The notes under the pieces are model-generated. The model was not told where the DNA came from, did no database searches, and saw only the letters and a list, made by a program, of their open reading frames with translations. The position numbers and the translations under genes were made by a program. DNA of 64,000 nucleotides from positions 1 through 64,000 of the IMG/VR virus record IMGVR_UViG_3300013104_000001. The stretch is one strand, 5' to 3'. Each line of letters starts with the position of its first letter. The stretch's first letter is position 1. Of this stretch, positions 1-9,308 are shown piece by piece.

Positions 1-4
1 CGGG

Positions 5-1120
5 ATGCAACGTTTTGATACATTGCAACAGATAGCAGAAACTGCATCACGAACGCATCCATCCGGTCTGCAGATTTTGATAAACGAGCCGCGCTTGACC
101 GACGAATACTCAACTGAACTCTATCGTGAGTTTGATGAGATCATCGGTGTGCTGGAAAAGATCAATGCTAACCCTAAATATGCTGACGATGGCAGCAAGG
201 GTTATCAACTGCATTACCGCTACTGGCATGGTACACGCGGCGGCGCCTACGATGAGATGGTCACTGAGCTACGTAAGCAGCTTGATGGACCTGACCGTCG
301 CACTGATGCTGATGACCTTGATGATGGATATAACTATCGCGATACCACGCCTGAAAAACGACTGGTGTCTGAGCTGACTTCAAAATGGACTATGCCATCT
401 GTATTGAAGGCAGTCATCTCGGCGTCAGTAACGCGTAACCCTGGTCTGATTGGTCGTAACTATATCCGTGGTCCAGGTATTGCGGTAATACGTTCAGGCT
501 ACTTCCTTGATCTGGATAAAAGCGCTGTCAACCGTCTCTTCAATGAAGGTCTTGATGAGAAAACACTCAAGACTGTGTTGGACGATGCACAGTACTATGT
601 GTCCGTTGTTCCTTCTGCCAAGATGAATAATGATGAACAGGGATTGACTGGCGGCCTACCAATTAACTCAGTGCGTCAGGCATATCTCTTCGACTCAGGC
701 AATCAGCTAAGTGAAGCCGCGGTATCCTGGATACCTATCAGTGCCTACATGGATCAGATTGTTGATTTCGATCAGGCAGCTAAAAATGAAGGTAATCTCA
801 AAGTGGAGCCAATCGATGGTTTCCGTGGTTACTATAAGTTGCTGAAAGACATTGTCTTTGTCGACCGTTACGGGCACCTCCCGTTCGAAGGCGCTGCCGA
901 GAGCGCATCCTATCCAGCCAAACCGGCTGGCTGGCGCCGTACACTAACCCGTATCAAAGGTGTCCCGCTGCGTAAAGTGTGGGAGCTCCCATTAATCGTT
1001 AATCCGTTCCGTACCGTTGAAGAGATCTTCGCTGATCTTGGATACGAAATTCATGAGGTTATTGAACCAAATGCAAAAGCAGAAGCTCCTGTACGAAAAC
1101 CTGGTAGCAAGCGTAAATGA
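5..1120 (+). CDS. hypothetical protein (371 aa)
   Basis: Long open frame with phage-like codon usage; no family recognised with confidence. Confidence 0.75.
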   Translation: MQRFDTLQQIAETASRTHPSGLQILINEPRLTDEYSTELYREFDEIIGVLEKINANPKYADDGSKGYQLHYRYWHGTRGGAYDEMVTELRKQLDGPDRRTDADDLDDGYNYRDTTPEKRLVSELTSKWTMPSVLKAVISASVTRNPGLIGRNYIRGPGIAVIRSGYFLDLDKSAVNRLFNEGLDEKTLKTVLDDAQYYVSVVPSAKMNNDEQGLTGGLPINSVRQAYLFDSGNQLSEAAVSWIPISAYMDQIVDFDQAAKNEGNLKVEPIDGFRGYYKLLKDIVFVDRYGHLPFEGAAESASYPAKPAGWRRTLTRIKGVPLRKVWELPLIVNPFRTVEEIFADLGYEIHEVIEPNAKAEAPVRKPGSKRK

Positions 1121-1472
1121 TTTTACGCAGCAACTGGGTCAGGTAGCTGAACTGACTGAAGGCTTTGATGGGGGCGCTAAACGCCCCTACTTCGCTTTTG
1201 CCCTGCACATGCTTCTGTCTTCAGAAGCCTCTGTGCGGCTGGGTGCCGGCTGGTACCTATTAGTCATTCAGTGTATCACTAACGAATTGAACAAAGACTT
1301 TGCGGACACTGATGAGTTTGAAGACTTCGTCGATGACTTCTTCGATTTGTTTGATCAACACAACATCATCCTGCCCGATGTTGTTACCAATAACCTTGAA
1401 GCAGCATTCGGTCTTTATGCTGACTCTTTAGATCTTCCCGATCTTTCGTCGTCCAATGACATTCACGACTAA
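1017..1472 (+). CDS. hypothetical acidic protein; start uncertain (ATG at 1053 or 1071 also possible)
   Basis: ORF fills the gap before 1506; D/E-rich helical C-terminus; overlaps the end of the upstream ORF. Confidence 0.55.
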   Translation: MKRSSLILDTKFMRLLNQMQKQKLLYENLVASVNDFTQQLGQVAELTEGFDGGAKRPYFAFALHMLLSSEASVRLGAGWYLLVIQCITNELNKDFADTDEFEDFVDDFFDLFDQHNIILPDVVTNNLEAAFGLYADSLDLPDLSSSNDIHD

Positions 1473-1505
1473 AACCAGCAACCTAATTTAACCAACGAGT
1501 GAACC

Positions 1506-1718
1506 ATGAACAAATATCTTCTGCTGTGTGTTATTGCCGTCTCTACCATTTCTCCAGTGCGGGCGTCTATGGATTCCCCATTGGATCCGTACTCCATTCA
1601 GTGCCTGTCTGAGACAGAGTGCTTTTATGCTAATGGTCGCAAGGTGACTGAGAAAGAACTCGAGAAGCTTGCGGCCTTGATTAAACAAGAGGAAAGTAAT
1701 GAGCCCCAAGAACAATAA
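1506..1718 (+). CDS. small exported protein with signal peptide
   Basis: MNKYLLLCVIAVSTISPVRA: basic n-region, hydrophobic h-region, VRA cleavage-like site. Confidence 0.65.
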   Translation: MNKYLLLCVIAVSTISPVRASMDSPLDPYSIQCLSETECFYANGRKVTEKELEKLAALIKQEESNEPQEQ

Positions 1719-2469
1719 GTTTACCATCCGTGATCCATTCCTGGGTGATCGTGCAATCTGGTCTACCGCTGAAGGTCCAGACGGTTCAGGTAAGTCTACC
1801 TTCGTTAAGAACTTAACGGCGTGGATGCAGGAACAAGCGGGTATCAACAATGTTGTCGCGACACATGAGATCGGTGGCTCTGCTGTTGGTCAAAATGTTC
1901 GTCAGTTGATCCTTCATCCGAAGGAAGGTCAGGAACTGCACAATAAGTCTAAGACACTGCTGTGCTGGGTTGACCGTGTTGAGCACCAACGCAAAGTGCG
2001 TGATTTATTAAAGAGCGGTGTCGCTGTGGTACAAGACCGTACCTATCTGTCGACCTACGCTTACCAAGGCATGCTCTACGGTGATTCGCCGTTAGTGGGT
2101 GCTGTGCATACTCAGTTGAACATCAAGAACCCAGACATCCTCTTTATTCTTGATGTTGATCCTGAGACGATCATCGAACGTGTGGGTAATCGCCATGCGT
2201 CGAATGCCGTTGATCCTGTCGGTAATGATGACATGGACAACATGAACGATCGTCAACTGAAAGACCTGTGCTACTACTACCGTGGTATCGAACATGTCTT
2301 ACCGGCGACAACCCGTCTGAAGGCTGATACCTATGTTGTGCATCTCGATGGTCGTAAACCTCAAGATGTATTGCTGGCTGAAGCCATTGAACATATCGAG
2401 AAGTTCCTGGCCAAACCAGAACTCTGGGTAAACACGCTTCTGCATCCTGATGATAAGGATAACAACTAA
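1699..2469 (+). CDS. tmk: thymidylate (dTMP) kinase
   Basis: P-loop EGPDGSGKST, THEIGG, and DRTYLSTYAYQG motifs typical of dTMP kinases. Confidence 0.92.
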   Translation: MSPKNNKFTIRDPFLGDRAIWSTAEGPDGSGKSTFVKNLTAWMQEQAGINNVVATHEIGGSAVGQNVRQLILHPKEGQELHNKSKTLLCWVDRVEHQRKVRDLLKSGVAVVQDRTYLSTYAYQGMLYGDSPLVGAVHTQLNIKNPDILFILDVDPETIIERVGNRHASNAVDPVGNDDMDNMNDRQLKDLCYYYRGIEHVLPATTRLKADTYVVHLDGRKPQDVLLAEAIEHIEKFLAKPELWVNTLLHPDDKDNN

Positions 2470-2774
2470 TGACTACGGTTGTTATGTTCAGTAACATCAA
2501 CGAGCCTTTGCTCACGGTGTTAAAAGAAAAGTATCCTGCCATTGACCTTACCTGGTTGATGAAACAAGGTAGTTCGGTTAGCGAAGTGCAGAAGAACATT
2601 GTCCGTGCAGATTGTAATGATCAGTCGGGTGTGCATCTGATGACCTTCCCGCAGGGGTATTATGTCAATCCTGATCACAATGACCCACGTTGGTCGGCTT
2701 GGTCAAAAGAGACAGGTATTAAACCTCCTCGTGAAAGTTATGCACACGGCGGTGTTAGTTTGCACGTCTACTAA
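2469..2774 (+). CDS. hypothetical protein
   Basis: Start overlaps the tmk stop; followed by an intergenic hairpin. Confidence 0.7.
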   Translation: MTTVVMFSNINEPLLTVLKEKYPAIDLTWLMKQGSSVSEVQKNIVRADCNDQSGVHLMTFPQGYYVNPDHNDPRWSAWSKETGIKPPRESYAHGGVSLHVY

Positions 2775-2813
2775 ATAAGAAAGGGAGAGAGGTGACTTTC
2801 TCCCACTTATGCC
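2775..2813 (+). terminator. hairpin + TTATGCC element
   Basis: GGGAGAGAG-GTGA-CTTTCTCCC followed by CTTATGCC. Confidence 0.6.
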
Positions 2814-2841
2814 AATTAAATTTAACTCAGGAAAAGTAACC

Positions 2842-3252
2842 ATGAAGACCGGCTATTATTACGCTTTAGTCAAGAATCATTTCTCAGGGAAAAGAGAGAT
2901 CTTAAAGATTCAACGTGAAACCATCGCAGAACCGTTTGTAACGTGTTATACGCGCATGCACAAGGATATTGAGGAAAACCACAGCGGTAAGTACGAAACC
3001 TCGGCTCTGGCCTTTGGAGTGCTTAAAATCGAGTACTATACCAAAGACAAGATCGGCTCTGTCTGGATTGGGCACACAAAGGTGGGATTATTGACTACTG
3101 TACCGACATTGATCTCGGTAGGTGTTGATAGCCCCATTGAAACTTTCTTCTTATCGCCGCCTGCTAATATGCAGATGGGGGATCCTGAACTCATCGAGCT
3201 GCGTGATGCGGTATCCCTTCATATCGGCGATGCAACATGGGTAATGAAATGA
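2842..3252 (+). CDS. hypothetical protein (ORF track starts at 2809; ATG 2842 preferred)
   Basis: AGGAAA upstream of ATG 2842; the 2809 ATG lies inside the TTATGCC repeat motif. Confidence 0.65.
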   Translation: MKTGYYYALVKNHFSGKREILKIQRETIAEPFVTCYTRMHKDIEENHSGKYETSALAFGVLKIEYYTKDKIGSVWIGHTKVGLLTTVPTLISVGVDSPIETFFLSPPANMQMGDPELIELRDAVSLHIGDATWVMK

Positions 3253-3722
3253 GACGATTCTACGCACAGCCTGATGGCTTGTTTAATGTGTTTAAAGAAA
3301 GAGCGACCGTTACCATCAAAGATCGCTTAGATGACATCGATGAAGACATTCGTCGTGTTGTTATCGAACTTAATGAACTTAGTGGTGTGGCGCCGGTATG
3401 GAGTTGTGCTTCTCACCCAGAAACCAGAAAAGTATCTGATCGTAAGATGCATGTGATCTGTGCGGTAAATCAGGAAGGTGCCGAACAACTTGATCAGGTT
3501 TATCAGGAGTGGTCCACCCTGCTTGTTGATTACGGTATGTTCCATGTACCTAATCTAACTATCGCAAGACTGGTACACCCCGACTTTCCTTTCAATGAAT
3601 CGCTTACGACTAATGATCTGTATTACGCGGTTGAACTTAAGGTAAGTAACATTACTACCAAACGGTTCAAGCAAGCAATGTTGCTATCTTTAGAAGAAGC
3701 TATCCGTAACGTCTCATTTTAA
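3249..3722 (+). CDS. TYW3/Taw3-like motif protein, paralog 1
   Basis: IDEDIRRVVIELNELSGVAPVWSCASHP resembles the D-x2-I-x6-N-x8-SC-G/S-H/R N-terminal motif of TYW3-like proteins; ATGA overlap with upstream stop. Confidence 0.6.
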   Translation: MRRFYAQPDGLFNVFKERATVTIKDRLDDIDEDIRRVVIELNELSGVAPVWSCASHPETRKVSDRKMHVICAVNQEGAEQLDQVYQEWSTLLVDYGMFHVPNLTIARLVHPDFPFNESLTTNDLYYAVELKVSNITTKRFKQAMLLSLEEAIRNVSF

Positions 3723-3730
3723 GGTGATGT

Positions 3731-4249
3731 ATGTTTGATGTCGCAATTGAATCAGAAGAGACCCTGGGTTTCTTTAAACAACGCGCCGAGAAGACTTTGG
3801 CTAATGATCGAGAGTCAATAGATCAGGCTATTCTTCCGATAGTCGACTTATTGCAAACGTTCCCTGGGATAGCACCTGCCTGGAGCTGCGAGTCACATCC
3901 AGAAAAAGAACATCCCACTGATATCTACGTCACATGTGTTATAAATGAAACTGGTGCTGATCATATCCAAGCAATTTATAAAGCATGGTTATCAATCCTT
4001 GATAAACAACATCGATCCTACCCACAGCCAATTAAGGGATCGCCTGGCGAATATAAGTCACAACCCAATCCGTACTACGTCAATCCCTGGCAAGTGTTTA
4101 TTCGTATCAACCGTTTAACATGGCCACGTGATTTTAGTCGTAAGTACATGGTCGTCAAGATTGGTTATCACTGGACTACCTTAGTAAAGAAAGAACACGC
4201 GTTGAAAACATTTACTGACGCAATCAAAATCGTTAAAGAAAGTATTTAA
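3731..4249 (+). CDS. TYW3/Taw3-like motif protein, paralog 2
   Basis: IDQAILPIVDLLQTFPGIAPAWSCESHP; aligns with the upstream ORF along its length. Confidence 0.6.
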   Translation: MFDVAIESEETLGFFKQRAEKTLANDRESIDQAILPIVDLLQTFPGIAPAWSCESHPEKEHPTDIYVTCVINETGADHIQAIYKAWLSILDKQHRSYPQPIKGSPGEYKSQPNPYYVNPWQVFIRINRLTWPRDFSRKYMVVKIGYHWTTLVKKEHALKTFTDAIKIVKESI

Positions 4250-4250
4250 T

Positions 4251-4317
4251 CGGCATAACCCCCTGAGAGAGAAGCTTCGCGCTTCTCTCTCAGGGGTGCC
4301 GTGAATCTTTTTTTTTT
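4251..4317 (+). terminator. intrinsic terminator with CGGCA/TGCCG flanks
   Basis: 16-bp stem CCCCTGAGAGAGAAGC/GCTTCTCTCTCAGGGG, then T10 at 4308-4317. Confidence 0.85.
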
Positions 4318-4415
4318 GGTTTCATTTATCAAATTTAGAGTGAGTAACGAATAAAAGTTATATGGCCGGATGAGGGCTTGGGGATATAGTTTCAATTCTC
4401 AGGCTCGTGGCCTAC

Positions 4416-4455
4416 AAAAAAAAAAGGAGGAAGTAGCTTATCCAGTCACTTCCTC
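4416..4455 (-). terminator. intrinsic terminator for the helicase gene
   Basis: GAGGAAGT...ACTTCCTC stem; A10 at 4416-4425 is a U-tract on the minus strand. Confidence 0.75.
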
Positions 4456-4503
4456 AAAACGTTATTACTCAGTTGCTCCATAATGGAACATACTATTACG
4501 ACA

Positions 4504-6033
4504 TTAACCAAACCATGGAGCTGCGCCACCGTCTGCAAGCGTATCACCGCCGACGTGTTTGCGTGACTTATCTTTACCTGTGATATCGTCAAGGATACCT
4601 GCTGCTTCAAACTTATAAACACAATACTTATCGCGCTCAGGTGTAACCGAGATGGTACGATGCTTACCACGTTGAATACAGAGGTAGGCTTCTTCACCGA
4701 CACGCACGATATGGATAATCATCTCAACATCGACTTCTTGGTCGATCTTGGTACAGTTATCCCAATAACCTTTGTTTGCTGTTTCGCGCGGCAAGTCTTC
4801 TTCGAGACCATTACGCACGAGCATCTTCGCAGCAGGGCTAAGCTGATGCGGAGTGATAACACAAATACCACGGGCTGAGGTAAAGTTACGGACACGACGG
4901 AAGAGATCACGGTACTCTTGACCCGCTACACCTTTCTCGCAACCTTCTTTACTGAACATCCCCAGGTAATCGATCGTAAGAAGATGGATCTCATAACCCA
5001 TGTTCTCAAAGTTTTTAATACGCTCAAACAGATTACGGTAGCCGAACTGAGATGGGTTAACACGACAGAAGTTAACTTCATACCCGTTCACCGACAATGC
5101 CTTCATAACCTCTTGTGCCGCCACCGTTTCATCGATTGTCTGATGATCATGGTTTAAGCCATCGATGTTTGCCTTGATCTTCTTCCACCACAGAACCATG
5201 TTATCGGTCATGTTGTTTTCAGAAGAGATATGCATGATCATCGGTTTCTTCTTCGGATCACGCATGTAAGGTTTGTTGAAGGTTGCGATCTGACGAGTCA
5301 GGTCCATTGTGAAGCCTGTCTTGTTGTTGTGCTGCAATGCACCAATCAAAACAAACTCACTACGCCTGAAACCACCCACCTCACCCAGCATACGGTTGAT
5401 GCCGGTTAACCCTGTACGCAGAACACCAACTGTTGAAGACTCTTCTTTTGCCTGCTTGAAGATCTTACCAACTTCATCAAGGTTACTAACTGTAACTTCG
5501 GAGATCACCGCCGGGTCAAACTGTTCGGTCACACCGATGTTAACCGTTTCGATCTCTTCCAGCAGTTTAGTTACCGCAGAGTCCATATCAACATCTTCAC
5601 CACCAAACATGATTGGCGCTGCAAAACGTTTTACAATGGCTTTTGCACGACGATGCTGATCCCATTTGCGTAACTCACGGCTAATGGCAACAGTTGACTG
5701 ACGTGCACGGTACGGATCATCCTCGGTACTATTGACACCCATATCTAGAGCTTGGTAAGTCGCCGTGTCCTGGCCACAGTCGGTTAACAAGCGTTGAAGA
5801 AGGTCAGTTTTATCCAGAGGTTGGTTTTTAGGACGGTTGATCAAGAAGCGAATGGTACGACGTAACGCTAACTGCACACTGCGAGATTGGTCGTCACCAA
5901 TGCCTTCTACCGGCGCCGGGATGTTCTCAAGCAGCTCATCAATAAACTCACTACTGTCATCACTATCGGCACCTACGATGGACTCTTGGTAAAATAACGT
6001 AATAATCTTTATGAGTAATAGATTGGTATCCAT
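4504..6033 (-). CDS. DnaB-like replicative helicase (phiKZ gp118-like)
   Basis: LRTGLTGINRMLG, variant Walker A GALQHNNKTGF, Walker B LLTIDY, TPHQLS, QRGKHR; GAGGG before ATG 6033. Confidence 0.9.
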   Translation of the reverse strand: MDTNLLLIKIITLFYQESIVGADSDDSSEFIDELLENIPAPVEGIGDDQSRSVQLALRRTIRFLINRPKNQPLDKTDLLQRLLTDCGQDTATYQALDMGVNSTEDDPYRARQSTVAISRELRKWDQHRRAKAIVKRFAAPIMFGGEDVDMDSAVTKLLEEIETVNIGVTEQFDPAVISEVTVSNLDEVGKIFKQAKEESSTVGVLRTGLTGINRMLGEVGGFRRSEFVLIGALQHNNKTGFTMDLTRQIATFNKPYMRDPKKKPMIMHISSENNMTDNMVLWWKKIKANIDGLNHDHQTIDETVAAQEVMKALSVNGYEVNFCRVNPSQFGYRNLFERIKNFENMGYEIHLLTIDYLGMFSKEGCEKGVAGQEYRDLFRRVRNFTSARGICVITPHQLSPAAKMLVRNGLEEDLPRETANKGYWDNCTKIDQEVDVEMIIHIVRVGEEAYLCIQRGKHRTISVTPERDKYCVYKFEAAGILDDITGKDKSRKHVGGDTLADGGAAPWFG

Positions 6034-6060
6034 TATGCCCTCGTTATAAGGTGATTGACC

Positions 6061-6690
6061 ATGTACAATGAAAAGTTGGTAGTTGTGCCAGCGACGATCC
6101 TTCGGGCTATTCACAACGCCAAAGAAAGTGAAGCAATTTTAACGTGTCCTGAGAGAATGCTTTCCATACTATCAAGACGCGATGTCATTTTCTACTATAC
6201 TGTGAATGTGCTGCTTTGTGACACATCATATAAAGCAGACCCGAACAACCCAGAGCCGCCGTTAGTTTCGGCCCTGCGTGATTTGCTTTCACACACCATC
6301 GGAGTAATGAATGCATTTACCTCTCCGGCGTGGGTGAAGTTCGTTGATGATAATTCCGCGGATATTCGTGCTGAGCAGTCTTTAAAAGCGCGTAGTATCT
6401 ATGAGTACCTCACAGGTGAAACTTATACCTGGAACGCTGAACCTGGTGAAGACGATCTGAGTTATATCTATGACACCGCCGCGAAAGTGGTAGGTGGCGA
6501 TACAGTTGCTGTGTTTATCACCACGACACAATCAACCGACTCTTTCAATATCATCAGTCAGCAGCGTCTTTTTGAACAAACGCTTCAGGCATTCGCTACA
6601 CTGACGGCTGATACAAAGAACTTCTCTTCTTTGTGGACTGGCTTTTGTGAATTGATTTACCAGAACTCGTTGATCCGACGTTTTGGGTAA
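6061..6690 (+). CDS. hypothetical protein between helicase and major capsid gene
   Basis: ORF divergent from the helicase; position typical of a core virion-block gene. Confidence 0.7.
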   Translation: MYNEKLVVVPATILRAIHNAKESEAILTCPERMLSILSRRDVIFYYTVNVLLCDTSYKADPNNPEPPLVSALRDLLSHTIGVMNAFTSPAWVKFVDDNSADIRAEQSLKARSIYEYLTGETYTWNAEPGEDDLSYIYDTAAKVVGGDTVAVFITTTQSTDSFNIISQQRLFEQTLQAFATLTADTKNFSSLWTGFCELIYQNSLIRRFG

Positions 6691-6766
6691 GAATCTATGT
6701 AATAGTATGTAAATTGTCAGAACTGGCAGCATATTGTTATGACCGTGTGTTAGCGCGACACAACCC

Positions 6767-6818
6767 CCTTTCTATTAATATGTTAATAGAAAGGTTATAT
6801 CGAAAACTTATATAAGTT
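6767..6818. promoter_or_regulatory. palindromes in the major capsid gene leader
   Basis: Perfect 12-bp inverted repeat CCTTTCTATTAA-TATG-TTAATAGAAAGG (6767-6794) and perfect 14-bp palindrome AACTTATATAAGTT (6805-6818). Confidence 0.55.
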
Positions 6819-6837
6819 ATTTGAAGGAAACGAGAAC

Positions 6838-9144
6838 ATGGCTTTGAAACTTCTGCATACTTCGCAAAATGCCGATATGCTGTCACGCATTCAGTCCCGC
6901 ATCAACGGTGGCCAGTTTGCCGGTAACACCGAAGTCGTTAAAGGCTTCGGTATGGAGTCAATTGACTCTGTACGCCAAGGCGCCATCGATACTGCCCTTA
7001 AGAGCGGTGTTGAACTGCTGGTAGACGTGCTGCGTGAAGGCACTGTTAACCAGGGTGCTCAGTACATCCAGGGTACTGGCGTTGAAGGTTACTCTGAAGC
7101 ACAGCTGAACGCTGCCGCTATCGCGATGACCATCGGTAACGACACCCAAGCGTACGCTTCTGCACTGAAAAGTGCTGCAGCACGCGCAGCATCAATGTCT
7201 GACCTGGCGCTGGTATCTGGTAGCCGTTACGGCTCTGCCAATATCAAACAGGGTTACGGTACCGAAGCGTTCGAACAGGCACAGTCTTTCGTGCCACAGC
7301 AGAACGCAACGATCGAATACAACCTGAAAGCGGCTAAGCAGGATGCCGTTGGTGAAGCCTTCTTCCCAACCACTACCCTGACCCCGAACGACATCGGCCT
7401 GAGCGTAACTGTTCCGGTTGACATCGTTGAACCGTTTATCAAGCACAAAGCAAATGGCGAAGTGACGGATTGGCAGCGTAAGAAGCTCATTAACGCAATG
7501 CGTGACCCGACCATCCTGCGTAACGATGCGATCAAACTGGTTCCTTACAAACCTGCTGACGGTTCTGCCAACAGCAACTTCTCTACCGTTGTCCCAGCGT
7601 TCACTGAACTGCAGGGCGGCGAGCTGGTGCCATCAGGCGCACTGAAACCAGGTCTGAAAATCGGCTTCATGGGTCTGTGCTCAACTCCTTCACTGGTTCA
7701 GGCTGGTGCACTGGAGTCTTCTGACCAGATCGATACCGGTACTCGCCTGCAGTACATCTGGATCGAAGTGGCTAACGCTTCTGGTACCAAAGAGCTGTTC
7801 CGTCTGCGCACTGACCACCTGGATCGTTCTACTTTCCAGAAATCTCAGGAAGGCGATAAGTTCGAGACGTCTCTGGACCTCTCTAACGTTACCATCGGCC
7901 TGAACGAGCTGACCAAAACTGTTGACAACACTGACTCTGCTCTGTTGGCTCCACTGGTCACTGGCGGTCAGCAAGCGATCCTGGCGCTGGATATCAAAGG
8001 TACTCTGAACCACGAGAAAGGTTCTGTTGTTGTTGGTGGTCTGACTCAGCCTACCATCACTCGTATCTACGATACCGTTGCTAAAGAAGAGATGAACGTC
8101 AAGTCTGGCGCACTGAAAGATGCGATCGACGGCCTGACCCTGACCTTCGTTGGCTACCAGCTGCGTGCTAACCTGCGTAACAGCAACTTCCGTACTCGCG
8201 AACAGCGTGTTGACCGTCAGACTTCCGTGTACAAGTACATGGTACAGCTGGGCGCGCCAATCACTGCTATCGCCCCGGCAACTGACGCGTGGGGCCCGAA
8301 AGAGTCTATCGCTGTTGAAACTCTGAGCAATGCGACCTACGCACGTAACTCCGCAATGGCTATCAGCCGTCTGCTGGACTACGTTGAAACCATCCGTGAT
8401 GCGGGTGTGACCAATAACGGCCTGTGGCAGCGTTACGATGAGAACAGCATCGAAGGCGTTGGTAAAGCAGTTGTTGATCCATGGTACGGTGAAGGTTCTT
8501 ACGACATCTCTAAAACTGTGAACGGCGTTAAGTCTTCTCAGACCCGTGATGACGTTTCTGAAAAGATCCTGAACATCCTGCGTACCTACGCGTACCGCAT
8601 GAACGCAGAGTCTGGCTACAACGTTGCGCTGCAGATGCTGTACAACGAAGTAACTCCAACTCTGGTTATCGCAACCGACAACATCATCGCTCAGTACCTG
8701 ATGGAAGTTGGTGACCTCCGCACTGCTGGTATCAGCTTCAAAGTGCACGTGGCCACTACCAACAACATCGAAATGCGCGGTAAGATTCTGATGACCCTCT
8801 CTCGCATGAAAGCGGGCGGTCTGGATCTGTTGACTTTCGGTATGCACCTGTGGGTTCCTGAGATCGTAGCAACTGTTAACGTAATGCGTAACGGTACCTA
8901 CATCGAAGAAACCATGGTACAGCCGCGTAACCTGCATGTTGTTGTTTGCCCGATCATCGCGAACATCACCATCACTGGTCTGGAAGAAGCTTACACTGGC
9001 AAGATCACTATCGCTGCAGATATCATCAGCGAGCCAGAAGCTGCAGGTACCCAAGACCTGGGCGGCCTGAACACCACTCCAGCTAACGGTACTACCGCGC
9101 CTACCGGCACTGGTACTACTGCTAACGGCGGTGCAGGTAGCTAA
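6838..9144 (+). CDS. major capsid protein precursor (phiKZ gp120-like)
   Basis: 768 aa, strongly biased codons, AFFPT, DPTILRN, HLWVPE...VQPRNLHV..CPI motifs; G-x-E sites in the N-terminal propeptide; AAGGA RBS. Confidence 0.88.
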   Translation: MALKLLHTSQNADMLSRIQSRINGGQFAGNTEVVKGFGMESIDSVRQGAIDTALKSGVELLVDVLREGTVNQGAQYIQGTGVEGYSEAQLNAAAIAMTIGNDTQAYASALKSAAARAASMSDLALVSGSRYGSANIKQGYGTEAFEQAQSFVPQQNATIEYNLKAAKQDAVGEAFFPTTTLTPNDIGLSVTVPVDIVEPFIKHKANGEVTDWQRKKLINAMRDPTILRNDAIKLVPYKPADGSANSNFSTVVPAFTELQGGELVPSGALKPGLKIGFMGLCSTPSLVQAGALESSDQIDTGTRLQYIWIEVANASGTKELFRLRTDHLDRSTFQKSQEGDKFETSLDLSNVTIGLNELTKTVDNTDSALLAPLVTGGQQAILALDIKGTLNHEKGSVVVGGLTQPTITRIYDTVAKEEMNVKSGALKDAIDGLTLTFVGYQLRANLRNSNFRTREQRVDRQTSVYKYMVQLGAPITAIAPATDAWGPKESIAVETLSNATYARNSAMAISRLLDYVETIRDAGVTNNGLWQRYDENSIEGVGKAVVDPWYGEGSYDISKTVNGVKSSQTRDDVSEKILNILRTYAYRMNAESGYNVALQMLYNEVTPTLVIATDNIIAQYLMEVGDLRTAGISFKVHVATTNNIEMRGKILMTLSRMKAGGLDLLTFGMHLWVPEIVATVNVMRNGTYIEETMVQPRNLHVVVCPIIANITITGLEEAYTGKITIAADIISEPEAAGTQDLGGLNTTPANGTTAPTGTGTTANGGAGS

Positions 9145-9179
9145 TCCGCAAGGATAACTACCTAGTTAGTATTTACTAA

Positions 9180-9220
9180 CATAAATGAGGAGGGGCGAAA
9201 GCTCCTCCTCTTATGCCGTC
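9180..9220 (+). terminator. hairpin + TTATGCCG element
   Basis: GAGGAGGGGC-GAAA-GCTCCTCCTC-TTATGCCGTC directly after the capsid gene. Confidence 0.8.
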
Positions 9221-9234
9221 TAAATTTTTATAAA

Positions 9235-9244
9235 CCTACATTAC
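9235..9244 (+). promoter_or_regulatory. candidate phage promoter CCTACATTAC
   Basis: Identical 10-mer also at 41900 and 50378, each after a T-rich tract and upstream of a gene; resembles the phiKZ early TATATTAC box. Confidence 0.55.
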
Positions 9245-9308
9245 TAAGGTGATGCAATAGTAACGCTAATGTTTAGTTGGAGCATTGTATCATGACGGGG
9301 TTAGGTTT

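Noticed and set aside
209-250. YWHGT motif in the first ORF suggesting an ADP-ribosyltransferase or Tpt1-like fold
   Set aside because: Single short motif; the other catalytic elements could not be identified by eye.
7690-9054. 454-aa ORF antisense to the major capsid gene
   Set aside because: Shadow ORF expected from the strong codon bias of a highly expressed gene; no RBS or recognisable motif.
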